Assembly (NCBI RefSeq): GCF_009914755.1
Contig: NC_060927.1
DNA from: the human T2T-CHM13v2.0 reference genome, Homo sapiens
Length of the DNA stretch: 64,000 nt
Reading direction: 5' to 3' (one strand)
In this document: piece after piece, positions 1-14,509 of the stretch
How the letters are laid out: each line of letters starts with the position of its first letter
Numbering within the stretch: position 1 is the first letter of the stretch
Program-made: the position numbers and the translations under genes
Notes under the pieces: generated by a model
Told to the model about the DNA's origin: nothing
Databases searched by the model: none
Seen by the model: the letters and a program-made list of their open reading frames with translations, nothing else

Positions 1-2017
1 CGTGTTCCCAGACTACGGTGTTTTATGTTCTGTTGCCATCAATTATTAAATACTCGTATCCTTTGAAATTTCAGGGCTTTCTCTGAGATGTAACAAGAGA
101 GGATATGGGGAGAAGCACATGCCTTCCTGCCCCCTTTTGCCCCCAAATGATAAAGTTTAAGAGTGCTGGACCTTGATCATGGAGGGATGACCAAGCAAGA
201 TGATTCAGGATGCGGTGGCGACCACCTTGTGAATGTGTCTGTGTGTGTTGTGGGGGCAGCCAATCACAGTCACTCAGCCCTGTGAGTGTGTGTCTGGAAG
301 GCTAGTGGGAGTGGGGGAAGATTATTTTTATGAGAGATTAAGGAGTTTCCTGGGAAGAGGGAGTCAGACAGGACTTAGGCTCAGGAAAAAAACCACTGTC
401 TTCATAGGGGTTGTCACTTGGACTTGCCCACAGCTCAGTGTCCTGTGGACACATATAAGACCCAGGGTACAGATGAAAGGTACAGATGAAAGGATATTTT
501 TTAATGAAGACCTTGATAGACCTTTGGCGTAGGAGCCACCTCATTTTGGCACCAGATGATAGAGCTTCCCATGAGAGAGGAGGCCGAGGAAGAGGAACAT
601 TTCCTCCCTCTAGGCACAGAATGCAGTGTGGCTTCAGTTCTCATAGGCTCCAGATGCTCTAGTCCCAGTTTGGCAACTTCAGGATTCCAGAGCATTGGAC
701 ATTGCTGTGGGGGTGGAGGTAGGAAATGATGAGGGTGATTGCACCTGGATGCCACTGTGCTTGGAGATAGCCAAGTTGATAGTCCTAGAAAATAAAGAAT
801 AGCAGAGGAGGGGAATGACTGCTGCTATATGATCAGTCATAGGACATGTTCACAAACACATGTGAGACACATCTGAGGACTCCCAGAAATAACTGGGGGG
901 TGGGGGTGGGGGTTGGTCAGAGACAGTTATCAGGGAGCGACATCTATTTATTCTGATGTCTTCTTCCCACACTGGACTTGCCCTCTTTGAGGACATAAAC
1001 TTCACCTACCATAGGTTTTGCATAAACAATTCTTACATGAATAAATGGACACTTGTGCAGTGCAGCACTTGCTCATAAATATTCTCCCAGTGCAACTTTG
1101 CATCCCTTCTGGGAATCAGATATGTCCCTCTCCATTTATAGAGACAGTCTGGAATGGTGGAAAGAATCCAGACTTGGGGCCAACAGAGCTGAGTTAGCAG
1201 TTATTATGAGTCACTTGACATCTTGATTAAGAAAGGTAAGATATTTAGAGTGCACCCGGCATTAATAGAATAGGATGGTGATCCGTTAATGGCAGAAAAA
1301 TGAACAATCTGTGATTATTCATCTAGTTAGATTGGGCACAGATTTGAACAGATTCTTTTCACTCTAAATTCAGTTTTGTCTTCTCCCCACTCCTCCCACC
1401 CTTCACTGCATTGGCAAGAAGCAGTGGCAATGTGGAAACTGTTGTGGCCATTGGGTGTTCAGAGGTCTGGGGCCAGATGGAGGGGTGGGGACCCACGCTT
1501 CAGTTCCCAGCTGGCCTGGGACCTCAGCCACAGGCAAGTATCTTTCAAGAGAGTCTGAAGGTCTAAGGCTGCCTCTAAATCCTGGGGCTGGACTCACCAG
1601 CTCTTAGACCCAGCACAACGGGTCGGCTGCTGGAGGTGTCAGAGACCAGGGAAGGTCAAGCTGGAAGTTTGAGGCCAACCAGGAAAATGGCTGGCTGGCC
1701 TCTCCCTGGGGTTTTCAAAAGCTCCAGTAGTGTCATTTGTTAGAATGAAGAGTTCTGCAGCAAGTGAAGGGAGGCTGTGTGCTGTTTGCAATGAGAACAC
1801 GTCCACCCTGACCCAGCACTCCACAGGCTCACTGCAAGAAGCCCAGGTTCCGGTGGAATCTCTTGGAACAAGCGAAAATCATTTTTACAATTTTCAAAAA
1901 CATGTTTTTACAGAAATAACACGAGCATAGTTGAACAATTCAAACAGTGTGGCCTGGCTTTGGCTTATGATGAACAACAGCCATCCCCTCCTTCCCACCC
2001 CAGGCACCACGCCCTAA

Positions 2018-2425
<408 letters not shown>

Positions 2426-3139
2426 TATCCATTGACTTTTATTTCAAGATTAGGATTTAGCCCAAAATTTTATGTACACACATGACCCTCCACTCTTCTC
2501 TTCCCCCAGTCTTTTTATTTCACCAAATTTGATTAAATAAATATTCAGTATTTACGTTAGTATGACTATAAATATAATTGACAACCAAACAGATTACTGT
2601 TCTACGGTTACATTTCTTTTCTCCAAAACTTATTGCTTATTCTTTTCCAGGAGAGTTGGGAAGTGGGGATTATTGTCTCATTTTTAATTTGCTTTATCTT
2701 CATGTCTTTATCACTAAATTTACCAAGTCTCCTTCCTAATGTGGCAGGCAATCTATCAGTTTCACAGCTTCCTTGGGGACATCCACCCTGGATTCCTCTA
2801 TGTTTCCTGGTTTCCCTTCAGGCCTTCTGCATACTTGTGACTGTCATCCTGTGACCTCTCTTCACTGTGGTTACAAGAGGTCCCTGTGCCCTCTATTTGA
2901 TTTATTCCACTTTCTTAGGTTATTCCCTTGTTTGATGACTCATGACCTCCTGTGGCTTCCTGAGAAAGGGTGCACCACTTTGAGACTCTGAATGTTTGAA
3001 AATGTCTTTATTGGTAACTGATAATTAATATTTTGACTATGGAGTGCCCATTTAAATATCGTATTTCCTTCTTATTTTGAAGGCTTTGCACCATTGTCTT
3101 CTAACTAGCTGTTAGAAGCTTCTGTTTAGAGAGGTCTGA

Positions 3140-3475
<336 letters not shown>

Positions 3476-4589
3476 TGATCATTACGTGTGACTTTTGTTT
3501 GTTTCTCTCTGGAAAATTTTGCCCCATATTCTAAAACTTCATGATCATGTGCTTTGGTGAGAGCAGGTTTTTGTTGTCTTTGTTTGTTTTTTTAAATCCA
3601 TCCATTGTGTTGGGCAGTGGATAAGCCCTTTTAATCTGGAAACTCTGATTCTCACTCCTGGGAAATATCCTTGTATTTTTTATTTGGTAATTTTTCCCCC
3701 TCTTTCCTCTGTGCTATCTTTTTGGAACTCCCGTTGTTAGATTTTAGAACTCCTGAATTAATAATTTTATTTCTTAGGGGACCCCCTTAGTTTCTGTCTT
3801 TAAAACAATTCTACCTCTCGGGAATATTTCTCAATTTTATCTTCTATTCTTTTTATTACATTTTAAAATTTCAATTATTTTAACAAATTTCATAAAACTC
3901 CTTTTCTCTCTTCTTTTTTCAAAAATAACATCATATTCTTATTTGCATTTGAAACATTTTCTCTCCTTTAATTATTTATTCAAAAAAGTTTTCTCTCTCC
4001 CTGGATTCTCTGTTTCCTCCAAGTTCTTTTTCTTTTTTCTTTTAGTTTGTTTGTGGTTATTTGATCTGGTCTTGGCTTTTGCCACTCCGGAGATCCTTGG
4101 CTGGCATTTCTCACTGGCTGCGTGTGGCTTGGTGACTAGAAGACTTTGCTGCAGGGACGTCAGGCAGGTATTTGATGTTTTCTGGGGGGAACTCAAATTA
4201 TAGAGTGTTTTCTCTTGGGGCAGTTTTCCAGAGAATACTTTTGCAGTTTCTTGCCTGAATATAAATCTGGCTGCCTGGGAACCAAGGGAGGCAAGGAGAG
4301 AGCTGGGACTTTCAGTGAGGCCTCACCCTCACTCACTGGTTCCCTTGGACTGTTCCAGGCCAGAGCATGTCTGATTCCATTTCTCTGGAGTAAAATGCTC
4401 CAGTTTTCTGTCTATGCAACATGAGAGCAGGGATTCCATGTTGGTATCACTCAGGACAGGCATCTGTAACAAATAATACTGAACTCTCAAAAACTTAACA
4501 AACGTTTGTTTTTCCCTCTTTTGGGCAGCATACTAGGACAGTTTTCTCCTACCCCAAGGTCCTGGCATGGGCTCCAGGGACAGGACTTG

Positions 4590-5010
4590 GAGCAGCCATT
4601 CTCCCTCTTTCTTTTTGGCTGAGTCCCAATTTTATTTGTGTCTACACCTCCACTATGGAACCCAGGGGGACATCCTGACTCTGCTAAGCCAGTCAAGTCA
4701 GTCTCATTTCCCCTTGCTAGCAATTGGTGTAGAGATGGGCATGTCACCCAGTTCCAGCCAATGACACATGGGGGAGGTCTGCTCAGACAGGATTCCTTGC
4801 TCTTAAATAGAAGAAATAACCTCCCTTCTTACTACCTGGACATGATGCCAGGAATGTTGGCTGACGCCTTGTGACCCCGAGGGGAGCTGGTCTCTGAGGC
4901 AGAAAGGTCTAAGCTGAGAATAGGTGAAAGGAAAGAAGGAAGGAGCTTGGATCCTACATGGCATCATGGAACCTCTTATGAACCCATTGCACAGCCACTC
5001 TACCTGGGGG
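4590..5010 (+). mobile_element. Old MaLR solo LTR (MLT1J/K/L-like)
   Basis: gggcatgtcacccagttccagccaatgac and gccttgtgaccccgagggg motifs typical of old MLT1 LTRs. Confidence 0.6.
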
Positions 5011-5129
5011 ATCCCTTCTTAGGTACCTGAGCCCAGAGGTCCAAGCTGGGTGCAGGCTTGGTCTGGGGTATTAGATTGGTCTTGGGCCACACAGTCAGAG
5101 CCAGACAAGGGGCAAAAATGTAAGGTGGT

Positions 5130-5350
5130 GGTGCCTGCTGTTTAGGAATGCTCTGGAATCCTGGCTTCACCACTTACTCAGTAGGTGAACTTGGTGAGCT
5201 ACTTAATGCATCTAAACCTCACTTGTAATAACTTCCTCATTTGTAAAATGAAAGTAATCATGGTAACTTCCTTCTAAGTTCTTGAGATTATCAAATGAGA
5301 TAACACCTGTCCAGAGCTCAGAACTGTGCCTGGTGCATAACAAGTGCTCA
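5130..5350 (+). mobile_element. MIR SINE
   Basis: gaatcctggcttcaccacttact...ttcctcatttgtaaaatg...gtgcctggtgcataacaagtgctca MIR core and 3' end. Confidence 0.8.
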
Positions 5351-5553
5351 GACTGTCCGAGGCTGGATCCGCTGTGTGCTGAGCCACAGCAGCCTCAAGC
5401 TGTCTGTGAAAGGGATGGTGAGTCCCAGAGTGGGCTGGGGCCAAGTGGACACCAGCACCCTCTATGGCAGCGGGGAGAGGGCTTTCAACAATTTGAAATA
5501 GCACCAAGCTGTGGAAGTCACGATACTGCAAGTTATGGAGAAAATACATTAGA

Positions 5554-5645
5554 CCAGTGGTTCTCAAACTTGTGCATGGAAATTGGCATTTCTAATGAGT
5601 TGTCAGGTAATATCAATACTGCTGGTCTGGGGATCACTTTGTTAG
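5554..5645. mobile_element. MER5A (hAT-Charlie) fragment
   Basis: cagtggttctcaaactt terminus and gcatttctaatgagt...ctgctggtctggggatcactttg. Confidence 0.7.
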
Positions 5646-5699
5646 ACGAGGTCAAAGAAAACAAGACTCTGAGGGAAAATCATTTGAGGTTGGTGTCTT

Positions 5700-5835
5700 T
5701 TTTAAATATAAAATTTATTTTATTAAAAATTGTTACTATGGAAGATGCAAGAGGACATAAAAGTAGAGAGGAATATACTGAGCCCTCATGCACCCATCAC
5801 TCAGCTTCAACATGTGCTAATTCATGTCCCATCTT
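5700..5835 (-). mobile_element. L1ME 3' end fragment
   Basis: aaaagtagagaggaatatactgagccctcatgcacccatcactcagcttcaaca resembles antisense L1ME 3'UTR. Confidence 0.55.
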
Positions 5836-6198
5836 GTGTCCACTGGTGCTTTTTGAATGTGCTCCCTCTCTCTCCCCACAACCAACAGCACAGGCCCCGG
5901 CCCCACCTCAGGCCTGCTCCCAGGGCTCAGAAAGAGGCACATTGCTGGGGTCCAGCTGCATGGAGAAATGGCTGAGTCAGGCTGATTCTGAAGAAAGTCA
6001 AGGCTGGGCATTTCTTGATACTCATCTGTCACACAAACATTATCCACTTCATCATGTGCTGGTAGCAGATGTAGCATCTAGCTATCCCTGGCCAGCAGCT
6101 CAGCTGGATGTCTAAGACTGTATACAGGTGGTTGTAACCACCACAGTCTTGGGCTCTGAAGATTTGCTCTCCTCCAAATGAGCCAGTCTCCTGGCCAG

Positions 6199-6430
6199 CC
6201 ATTCATTCAATCAGCCACAGTACATTGTCCACTTCTGTGTTGAGTGCCAGGGAGACTAAGATGAATATGATCCACCCCAATGGAGAAGACAGGTAGGTAA
6301 ATGGTGACCATAAGACAACGGGCTAAATACCCAGGTAAAGCCCATGCATAAAGTGTCATGGGACCACAGAGGAGGGTGTCCCAAACCCAGCTAGGGAGGC
6401 AGGCCATCCAGGGAAGGCATCCTGACTTGA
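6199..6430 (-). mobile_element. L2 fragment
   Basis: cattcattcaa end motif followed by gagactaagatgaatatg...agggaaggcatcct. Confidence 0.55.
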
Positions 6431-6439
6431 TGCTGGAGC

Positions 6440-8230
6440 ATAGCTTCTAGGCTGCTGAGGAGAAGCCCTCCACATCTTTGTTGCTGGGCTTCCTTGTCTC
6501 TTGCTCTTTGTCCCAACTCTTTTGAGCTCATGGTTCCTGTAATTTGCATGCATTCTTCTTGTCCAATTATCAGGATACTACTGTCCATCTCTCCTCCATA
6601 CAGAGCCCGAATCCAGCTGTGGCCTTCTGTTTTATGAGCCCATGTGGAGTAGGGGTGATTGGATAACATCATTTGGGGTCAGCCAGAGGTTGAAGGTCAG
6701 CTACTCCAGGATGAAGCATCACAGCTCTCTATCCTGAATTTCCTCACTTATTACTCTAAGTCACCTAGCGATGAATTGCACAACTTCTCCTGGTTCCTGT
6801 ATAGAAGCTGGGTGATTCTGGGGTAGCCTGCATTATGCATGATAGACATGGGGTAATGCCTGCGCACTTGCACATGCAGGGATGGTGTTGATGCCAGAAG
6901 GGTTGTGCAGCCAGGAAAGGATTTTTTTTTTGTTTTTTTTTTTTTTCCTCTCTCTAGACTGGGTTGGGAGGCAGATAGGCCCGGGGTCTCACAGTGCATT
7001 GCACATTGTGATATCAGTGCAATCTCCTAAGATTCTCAGAGCAATGCGGGGCTAGGTCTTCCTTTAAAGAGGGCTTTGGCCCCAAAGGGGTCCTGGTACT
7101 GGTATGTTATAGGAGCCTCATGGGGAAGGGTAGAAGGAAGCTCACAATTGATGCACTTCAAATTTCCCCTTTACAAAAATTTCTGTTTACTAGCCCACTG
7201 ATCACACCAGAACCCTTTGTTCAAGATCTCTCTTTCCATGACTAGATACAACCCCACAAATTTATCATCATCTTTATATTTAATTAAATTGTTGTCTCCT
7301 ATTTAATATTTTCAATTAAGCTCCTAAAACCAGATCTTACTTATAGATCTAAGTTTTCCCTTGTAGGTTCTTTCAAAGACTTTTTTTTTTATCACTATTA
7401 ATCCCCTATAATAAATAACATCAACTCCAATAATGCTACACCAGATACTTTCCCCGACTCCTGTCTCCCTGCACATTTATTATTGACTCAATTTATGTTC
7501 CTTTAAATCAGTTTCAGTCTGGGTGGCAATACTCTCATTTACTGACTGATCAATTTGAATTTGTTTTATAAGATTCCATTAATTACTCTGTCCGATTCTC
7601 TTGCAGTGCCTGGAAACAGTGCATCTCTTAGAATTCCCTGTAGGCCCTGTGGCTGTATATTTTCATGGAAATGGTCTTTAGGTTAGGGCTAGTGAGTCCT
7701 CAGATGCTCATATTGTCAAGTGTTTTCAGTCTTATTCTCAGCAAGGAACAGAGGGCTGAATTGCTCTGTGGTCTGGCTCTTTCTGACATCATAGTCCTGT
7801 AGGTATGACCCCTTCCCCAGTGAATCCCCTGGAAGTTTTGCAGGGAAGAGGAAGTAAAGTTTGAGAGGGGGTGGTCAATCTGTATATGGTGGATATTTGG
7901 CGGCTCATGTGCCCTTCCTGTCATGCATAGTTTGGGTTGTCTAGGGTCTGTCTAGTCTGCCATACATCCAAGCCCCTCCTTGGGTAGAGCATGAATATGT
8001 AGACCTGAACCTCCCCTTCTTATTAGCCAGAGGTACAGAGGACACCTGTGCTTTGATACAAAGCCACCAAATCCTTTTTCACAATCCAAACTCCTCTGTT
8101 GGTACTGTCTTCGGAGTCATGCACAACAGCCACCCCCCCAATCCAGCCTCCTCTGCTTCTGTCATTTGAAAAGACAATAATTTTGTTTTTCTCTGATGGT
8201 CAATTACTTTACACCCTTTCAGTTGGTTAG
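6440..8230 (-). mobile_element. Possible very old LTR-retroelement relic (internal region, PPT and 3' LTR)
   Basis: Minus-strand purine tract aaaggggaaat (about 7162-7172) followed by tg; minus ORF 7700-7924 contains QID...RPQSNSALCSLLRIRLKTL, loosely like the integrase motif HPQSxGxVERxNxxLK. Confidence 0.3.
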
Positions 8231-9159
8231 TTACTTACAGGGAGAATGCTAGGCAGGACGCTCAAATCTTCGCTGCAACACTCAAGTACAAAAGGACGGA
8301 TGCACATGACAAACTCAGGCTGCTGGTTAGGTGAGCACCACCTTCCAAAGGTGCTGAGCATAAACTTACTGAAGGGCAACCTGGCTGCCAAATCTGTGCC
8401 AGGTGTCATGCCTCCCCTTTTGACCATGGATATTTGGAAAAAAGGCAGAGGCTTAGACTAGGTCTGGCCTATTGTCTGGAGCAACACAGGAGCTGGTCCA
8501 ATGAGATGCTTCTTTCAGGACATGGGAATGGTACAGTGAAAGGCAGGTCAGTTGATACTGAGTGTGGAGATTCGAACACGTGAACAATGGCTGAGGCAGG
8601 TGAATAATGGCAGAGCACTGGATGAGGCTGTTTAAACTCCTATTGCTAAAGTTCCATGGCCATCCTGACTGTGGAAACTCAGTTAGTTTTCAGTTTCTTT
8701 GAGGTTGGCAGTGATTTCTGCATCAAACTCCTCAAACACTGCATAACTGGGTAGTGTTACCCTGCTCCACCCATCCACACGTGTGCATGTGTACACTCAC
8801 ACTCACACACACACACCACTTTCTTAAGTTAGCTTGGGTGATCTTATCTTTTTGCAAAACGAAACACCTTGTCTCAAATAAGTGGTAATTTACTAGAGTA
8901 GTGTAGAAGAGTTGATAATGCTGTGTTGGAGCCTCATTCTAATGTCTCCCAGGAGAGTGTGTCTTTAACGAGGGCAAAGACATAGAGGCCAGTAACATAG
9001 TGTGTGTACATTTAGGCCACAAGGCTGATTCAAGAGGGAAAAACAAAATAAAATATGTCTGTTTCCACTTAGGGCCTGAAAAATTCTATGCAATATGAAT
9101 TAGGAGGTTTCTTTATGATAAAAGGCATTTTTGAGGCAGAAGAAATTGCCTGAGAGCAA

Positions 9160-10400
9160 GAATGAAGACCATAGAGACAATAGAGAATCACTGTCCTTAG
9201 AAGCAAGATGATCTAAGATTTGACTCTCTTTCACCGCACCTTGCTGGGCAGAACTGATGGTGGTCATTCAGCCTCTGCTTGGATGTCTTTGGTGATGGGA
9301 GCCCACTCTTCCTTCCCTCCTAAAGGAACCTCTTTAATTTACAGACTGTGTAAATCTGTTGGCTTTACTGACAAGTTTCTATTCTGGAATGAGCACCCAG
9401 GTTACTTTTTCTTTGGAGAATCACCCCTCCTCCAGTCTCAGTCTTTGTGGTTTGGGCAGGGCTGATCCCACCTCCCAGCCTTAGTGGAGGGTCTGTTAAA
9501 TCCAAGTCTGGTAAATCATCATGTTTCACACCATGTTTGTATGATTGGTTCTAGAATGGGCATGTAACCCAAGCTGTCCAATGAAAATCAGTTTTGGGAG
9601 TTTTGATGGCACCCTTGGGAAGGAGACACATTCATTCTCCTGGTTATTAAAGTAGGTAGAATCTAAGCCTGGTGCTGCCAGTGGCCCTCTTGCCACCACT
9701 GAAGAAGAAAATGCCTAATAATGAAGCCAACATAGAGAAAAACAGTATAGAAAGATGAAGTGCTTAAAATCTTTCTCTGGACTTTCATGTTAAGTGAGCA
9801 AATAAACTTTCCATCTGGCTTAAATCTATTTGTGTTTGATTTCTGAGTCCTGAATTATCAGGAAGCTTTAAATTATTATAATTTTATTGCTTTTTTATTT
9901 ATTGGAGTGACTTCTCTACAACCTAACCCGTTCAATTTTTGTTCTGCCCTGTGGGTTAGACAGAAAACATCCACATTCTCTTTTAAAGGAAGTCTTTGTT
10001 TAAAGACATTCTTGCTTGCCTGAATTTTCACTTCTTCATTTTAAACTCACCAATCATTAGATTTTGATCTATTTACCTTATGATAAGATTTCCAGTCTCC
10101 TCACCATGCAGGTTACCTTCTTCTAGACAAACCATGGCTTCTCCTTCCAATTCCCCTCTTAATTGTGGCTCCCACATCTGAGCCTTGGATTCCAAAGCGG
10201 ATTTGATCAGACTGGAGTGCACAAGGCTACACTTTCCTCGCTGGGATGGACACTCTAGTAATTCAGTTTAAGATTCCAAGATTCCATTCATAGTTTCAGC
10301 GGCTGTGGTGAACTTTTGATATATTGAGGTTACGGTTATATAAAACCTCTGTTTTTCGTAACAGTTGTAGAGAAGCCAGGGCTACTCTGTCCTTCACTTA
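9160..10400 (-). mobile_element. L3/CR1 LINE relic, interrupted by an MLT1 LTR
   Basis: gcctctgcttggatgtctttggtgatgggagcccact and ccctcttaattgtggctccca motifs resemble antisense CR1/L3; appears to continue at 14130-14400. Confidence 0.5.
9380..9860 (+). mobile_element. MaLR solo LTR (MLT1K-like)
   Basis: gattggttctagaatgggcatgtaacccaagctgtccaatga; aagcctggtgctgccagtggcc; aataaa followed by ggcttaa. Confidence 0.7.
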
Positions 10401-10414
10401 ACCACTAGGTATGA

Positions 10415-10810
<396 letters not shown>

Positions 10811-10849
10811 TCCTAGGATATAGATTATTTTCTCACCCATGTAGAAAGT

Positions 10850-13800
10850 TTATTTTTTAAAGAGTTTTATTGAGGTATGTCTTGTGGCACATAATTCACC
10901 CATCTAAGTATACAACTTAATGTTTTTTAGTATGTGCACATGGTTGTGACATCATCACCACAATCTAATTTTAGGTATTTTTTCTCCTCCTTAATAAAAA
11001 TTCTGTACCTAGTAGCAGTCAATTTGCATTTCTCTCCTAACCCTATCCCAGCCTTAAACAATCATTAATCTACCTTCTGTCTCTATGTATATATCTGTCT
11101 GGACATTTCATAGAAATGGAATCATAAGGTATGTGATCTTTTATGCCTGACTTATTTAGTATAATGCTTTCAAGATTCATCATGTTGTAGTATGTGTCAA
11201 TACTTCATTTCCTTCTTACTGGCAAATAATATTTCATTGCATAGATGTATCACATTTTGTCTATCAACTCATCAACGAATGAACATTTGGGTTGTTCCTA
11301 CTTTTCACTTATTATAAATAATGCTCTATGAACATGTATGCATAAGAGTTTTTAAGGATATATGTTTTCATTTGTCTTGGGTATATACCTAGGAGTAGAA
11401 TAGATGGGTTGTATGGTAACCCTACATTTATCGTTTTGAGGAACAAACAGTTTTCCAAAGTGGCTGCATCATTTTACATTCCAACCAGCAATGTATGAGG
11501 GTTCCAATTTCTTCAATTCTTTACAAACACAATTGTCTGTCTTTTAATTATATCTTCTTAGTGGGCATAAAGTGGTATCTCATTGTGGTTTTGATTTGCA
11601 TTTCTCTAATAACCAATGATGTTGAGCATCTTTTCACATTCCTGTTGGTCATTATACATACTATTTGGAGAAATGTCTATTCGAACTTTTTTCCCATTAA
11701 AAAATAGGTTACTTTTCTTTTTAATATTGAGTTATAAGAATGTATTATTTATTGTAGATACAAGTTCTATTTAAAATATCTGATTTGCAAATATTTTCTC
11801 CTATTATTTGGTTTGTCTTTTCACTTTCTTAATGATGTCCTTTGAAGCACAAAAGGTTTTAATTTTGACAAAGTCTAATTTATCTGTTTTTTCCTTTGCT
11901 GCTTGTGCTTTTGGTGTCATACATAAACAATTCAGGGCAAGCCTTAGATAATAAAGATTCACCACTGTGTTTTCCTCTGAGAGTTTTATGGTTTAAGTGC
12001 TTTTATGATTTAAGTGATCCATTTGATCCATTGATCCATTTTGAGTTAATTTTTGTATGTGGTGTGAGGTAGGGTCCAACTTCACTCTTTTGCATATGGA
12101 AATCCAGTTTTCCCAGCACCATTTGTAAAAGAGGTTATTCTTTCCCCATTGATGGTCTTGGCACTCTTGTCAAAAATTGATTGACCATAAATATAAGAGT
12201 TTATTTCTGGACTCTCAATTTTATTTCATTGATCAATCTGTTTGTCCTTATGCCAGTACCACACAGTATCGATTACTGTACATCATAGTAACTACTGAAA
12301 TCAGGAAGTGTGAGTCTTCCAACTTTGTTTTCCTTTTTCAAGATTGTTTCGGCTATTTTGCGTCTCTAAAATTTCCACATGAATTTAGCTCTCATTTATG
12401 CAAAAAAGAGAAGTTGGGATTTTGATAGGTATTGCATTGAATCTGTAGGTTAATTTGGAGAGTATTGCCATCTGAATAATATTAAGTCTTCCAAACTATT
12501 AGCATGGTATGTCTTTCCACTTATTTAGCTCTTCCTTAATTTTTTCACCAATACTTTGTAGTTGTCAGCATACAAATCATAAAAGTCTTGCATTTCTTTT
12601 GTTAAATGTATACCTAAGTATTTATTCTTTTTGGTGCTATTGTAAACAGCTTTTTTAAAAAAAATTCTGATTTTGGAGTGTTTATTACTGGTATAAAATA
12701 CAGTTGATTGTAATATATTGACCTTGTATTCTGCCACATTGCTGAACTCGTTTATTAGTTCCAGTTGTGTTTTAGTAGATTTCTTAGGATTGCTGTGTAC
12801 AGGATGATGTAATCTACCAGCAGATTTTACTTCCTCCTTTCTAATCTTGATGCCTTTTTTTCTTTCTCTTACCTAGTGGCCCTTACTAGAGCCTCCAGTA
12901 CATGTTAAATAGAAGTGATGAGAACAGACATCCTTAACTTGTTCCTGATCTTTGAGGGAATGTTTTCAGGCTTTCACCATGTGGTATGATGCTAGCTGTG
13001 GATTTAAAAAGAAATAAATTTCCTTAATCGGATTGAGGAAATTCCCTTATGTTTCTAGTTTGTTGAGTGCTTTCATTATGAAATAATATTGATTTTTGTC
13101 AAATGCCTTTTATGCATTTATTGAAATAATCTGATGCTTTCTGTCCTTTATTTTATTAATGTGATGTCATATATTAGTTGATTTTTGTATGTTAAACTAA
13201 TCTCCATTTGCAGGACAAATCCCACTTGTGCATAGTATATCATTCTTTTAAAATATTGCTGGATTTAGTTTGTTAGTATTTTGTTGAGGGTTTTGCATCT
13301 ATATTTATAAGAGATCTTGTTCTACAAGTTTCTCTTTTCCTTGTGATATCTTTGTCTGGTTTTGGCATTAAGGTAACATTGGCTTCATAGAATGAGTTGG
13401 AAAGTGTTTCCGTCTCTTCTAAGTTTTAAGAGTTTGTAAAGAATTTTGTATTAATTCCTTTTGGAATATTTAATAGAATTCACCAGTGAATCCCTCTGGG
13501 CTTGGGCTGTTCTTTTTGGGAAGTGTTAATATTACATATTTGATGTCTTTACTTGTTATAGGTCTATTCAGATTTTCTATATCTTCCCAAGTCAGTCTTG
13601 GAGATGTGCATCTTTCTAGAAATTTGTTCATTTCATCCAAGTTATCTAATTTGTTGGCATACAGTATTCTCCTATACTGTATATATACAGTACAGTATTC
13701 TCCTATACTGTATATATACAGTATAGTATTCTCCTATAATCCCTTTTACTTCTGTAAGTTGGTAGTGATGTCTTCTCTTTCATTCCCGATTTAATAACTT

Positions 13801-13995
13801 GAATCTTCTCCCTTTTTTTCTTGATCAGTCTTACTAAAGGTTTGTCAATTTGGTTGATCTTATTAAAGAGCCAGCTTTGGTTTTGTTGATTTTCATATTG
13901 TTTTTCTATCCTTTCTTTCATTCATTTCCATTCTAATTTTTATTTGCTTTATTCTGCTTGATTAGGATGTAGTTTGTTATTCTTTTTCTAGGATG
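10850..13995 (-). mobile_element. L1MB-type LINE-1, 5'-truncated (3'UTR plus decayed ORF2)
   Basis: ttttattgaggtat...cacccatctaagtatacaa 3' end; continuous antisense ORF2 motifs such as tggtatctcattgtggttttgatttgcatttc and gcattgaatctgtag. Confidence 0.92.
13660..13738. repeat. 31-bp tandem repeat, about 2.5 copies, containing a palindrome
   Basis: Unit tacagtattctcctatactgtatatatacag at 13660-13690 and 13691-13721, partial third copy to 13738. Confidence 0.95.
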
Positions 13996-14129
13996 TCATT
14001 TTTATGTAATCTGAGAAAAGAGAACAATAACATCTGCTTCAAAGTGTTCTAGTGATTTAAAAAAATGTGTGCCTGGTAGGTAGCAGGTATTCAATAAATG
14101 TTAGCTCCTTTCTTTATTTATTCACTCTG

Positions 14130-14400
14130 GTGGTTTTAGGCCCATATATTCAGCCTGTTGATACCAATTTGAATTTTGATATTGTTATCAGGGCACTAGT
14201 CATGCTGCTCAGCTGTGTATCTCTGCAAATTCAATAAAAAATGATTCCAATGCCTACATCCAAGATGTGGATAAAAACAGTGGAGCAGAGCAAAAGCTGA
14301 TAGCATGCCACTGCAAGCCTTTTCCAGATGGACAACTATCTATTAGTCAATGTTCTTTGGGCACAGCAGTTTAGCAATAAGTCCACTCGGCTGTCCACAT
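14130..14400 (-). mobile_element. L3/CR1 reverse-transcriptase-region relic
   Basis: cagctgtgtatctctgcaaattc...catccaagatgtggataaaaacagtggagcag resembles the antisense of the CR1 RT LFNIFINDL...KFADD region. Confidence 0.55.
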
Positions 14401-14509
14401 TTGCCCTTGCCAAATGCCCTGCTAAAGCTGTGTTGTCTGTGGCACTTCCAGTTACCTCATCCTTATGGCTGCTGGCTTCACTCATCTGTCATCTGTTCTT
14501 CTTCAGAGG

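Noticed and set aside
466-493. 13-bp tandem duplication ggtacagatgaaa x2 (similar small ones near 12016, 16155 and 61960)
   Set aside because: Ordinary slippage duplications with no further structure
895-916. G-rich run with G-quadruplex potential
   Set aside because: Only three long G-tracts plus GG; common motif with no promoter context
5282-6115. Longest ORF in the window (277 aa)
   Set aside because: Starts at TTG and runs through MIR, MER5A and L1ME relics; no recognisable domain; consistent with a chance ORF
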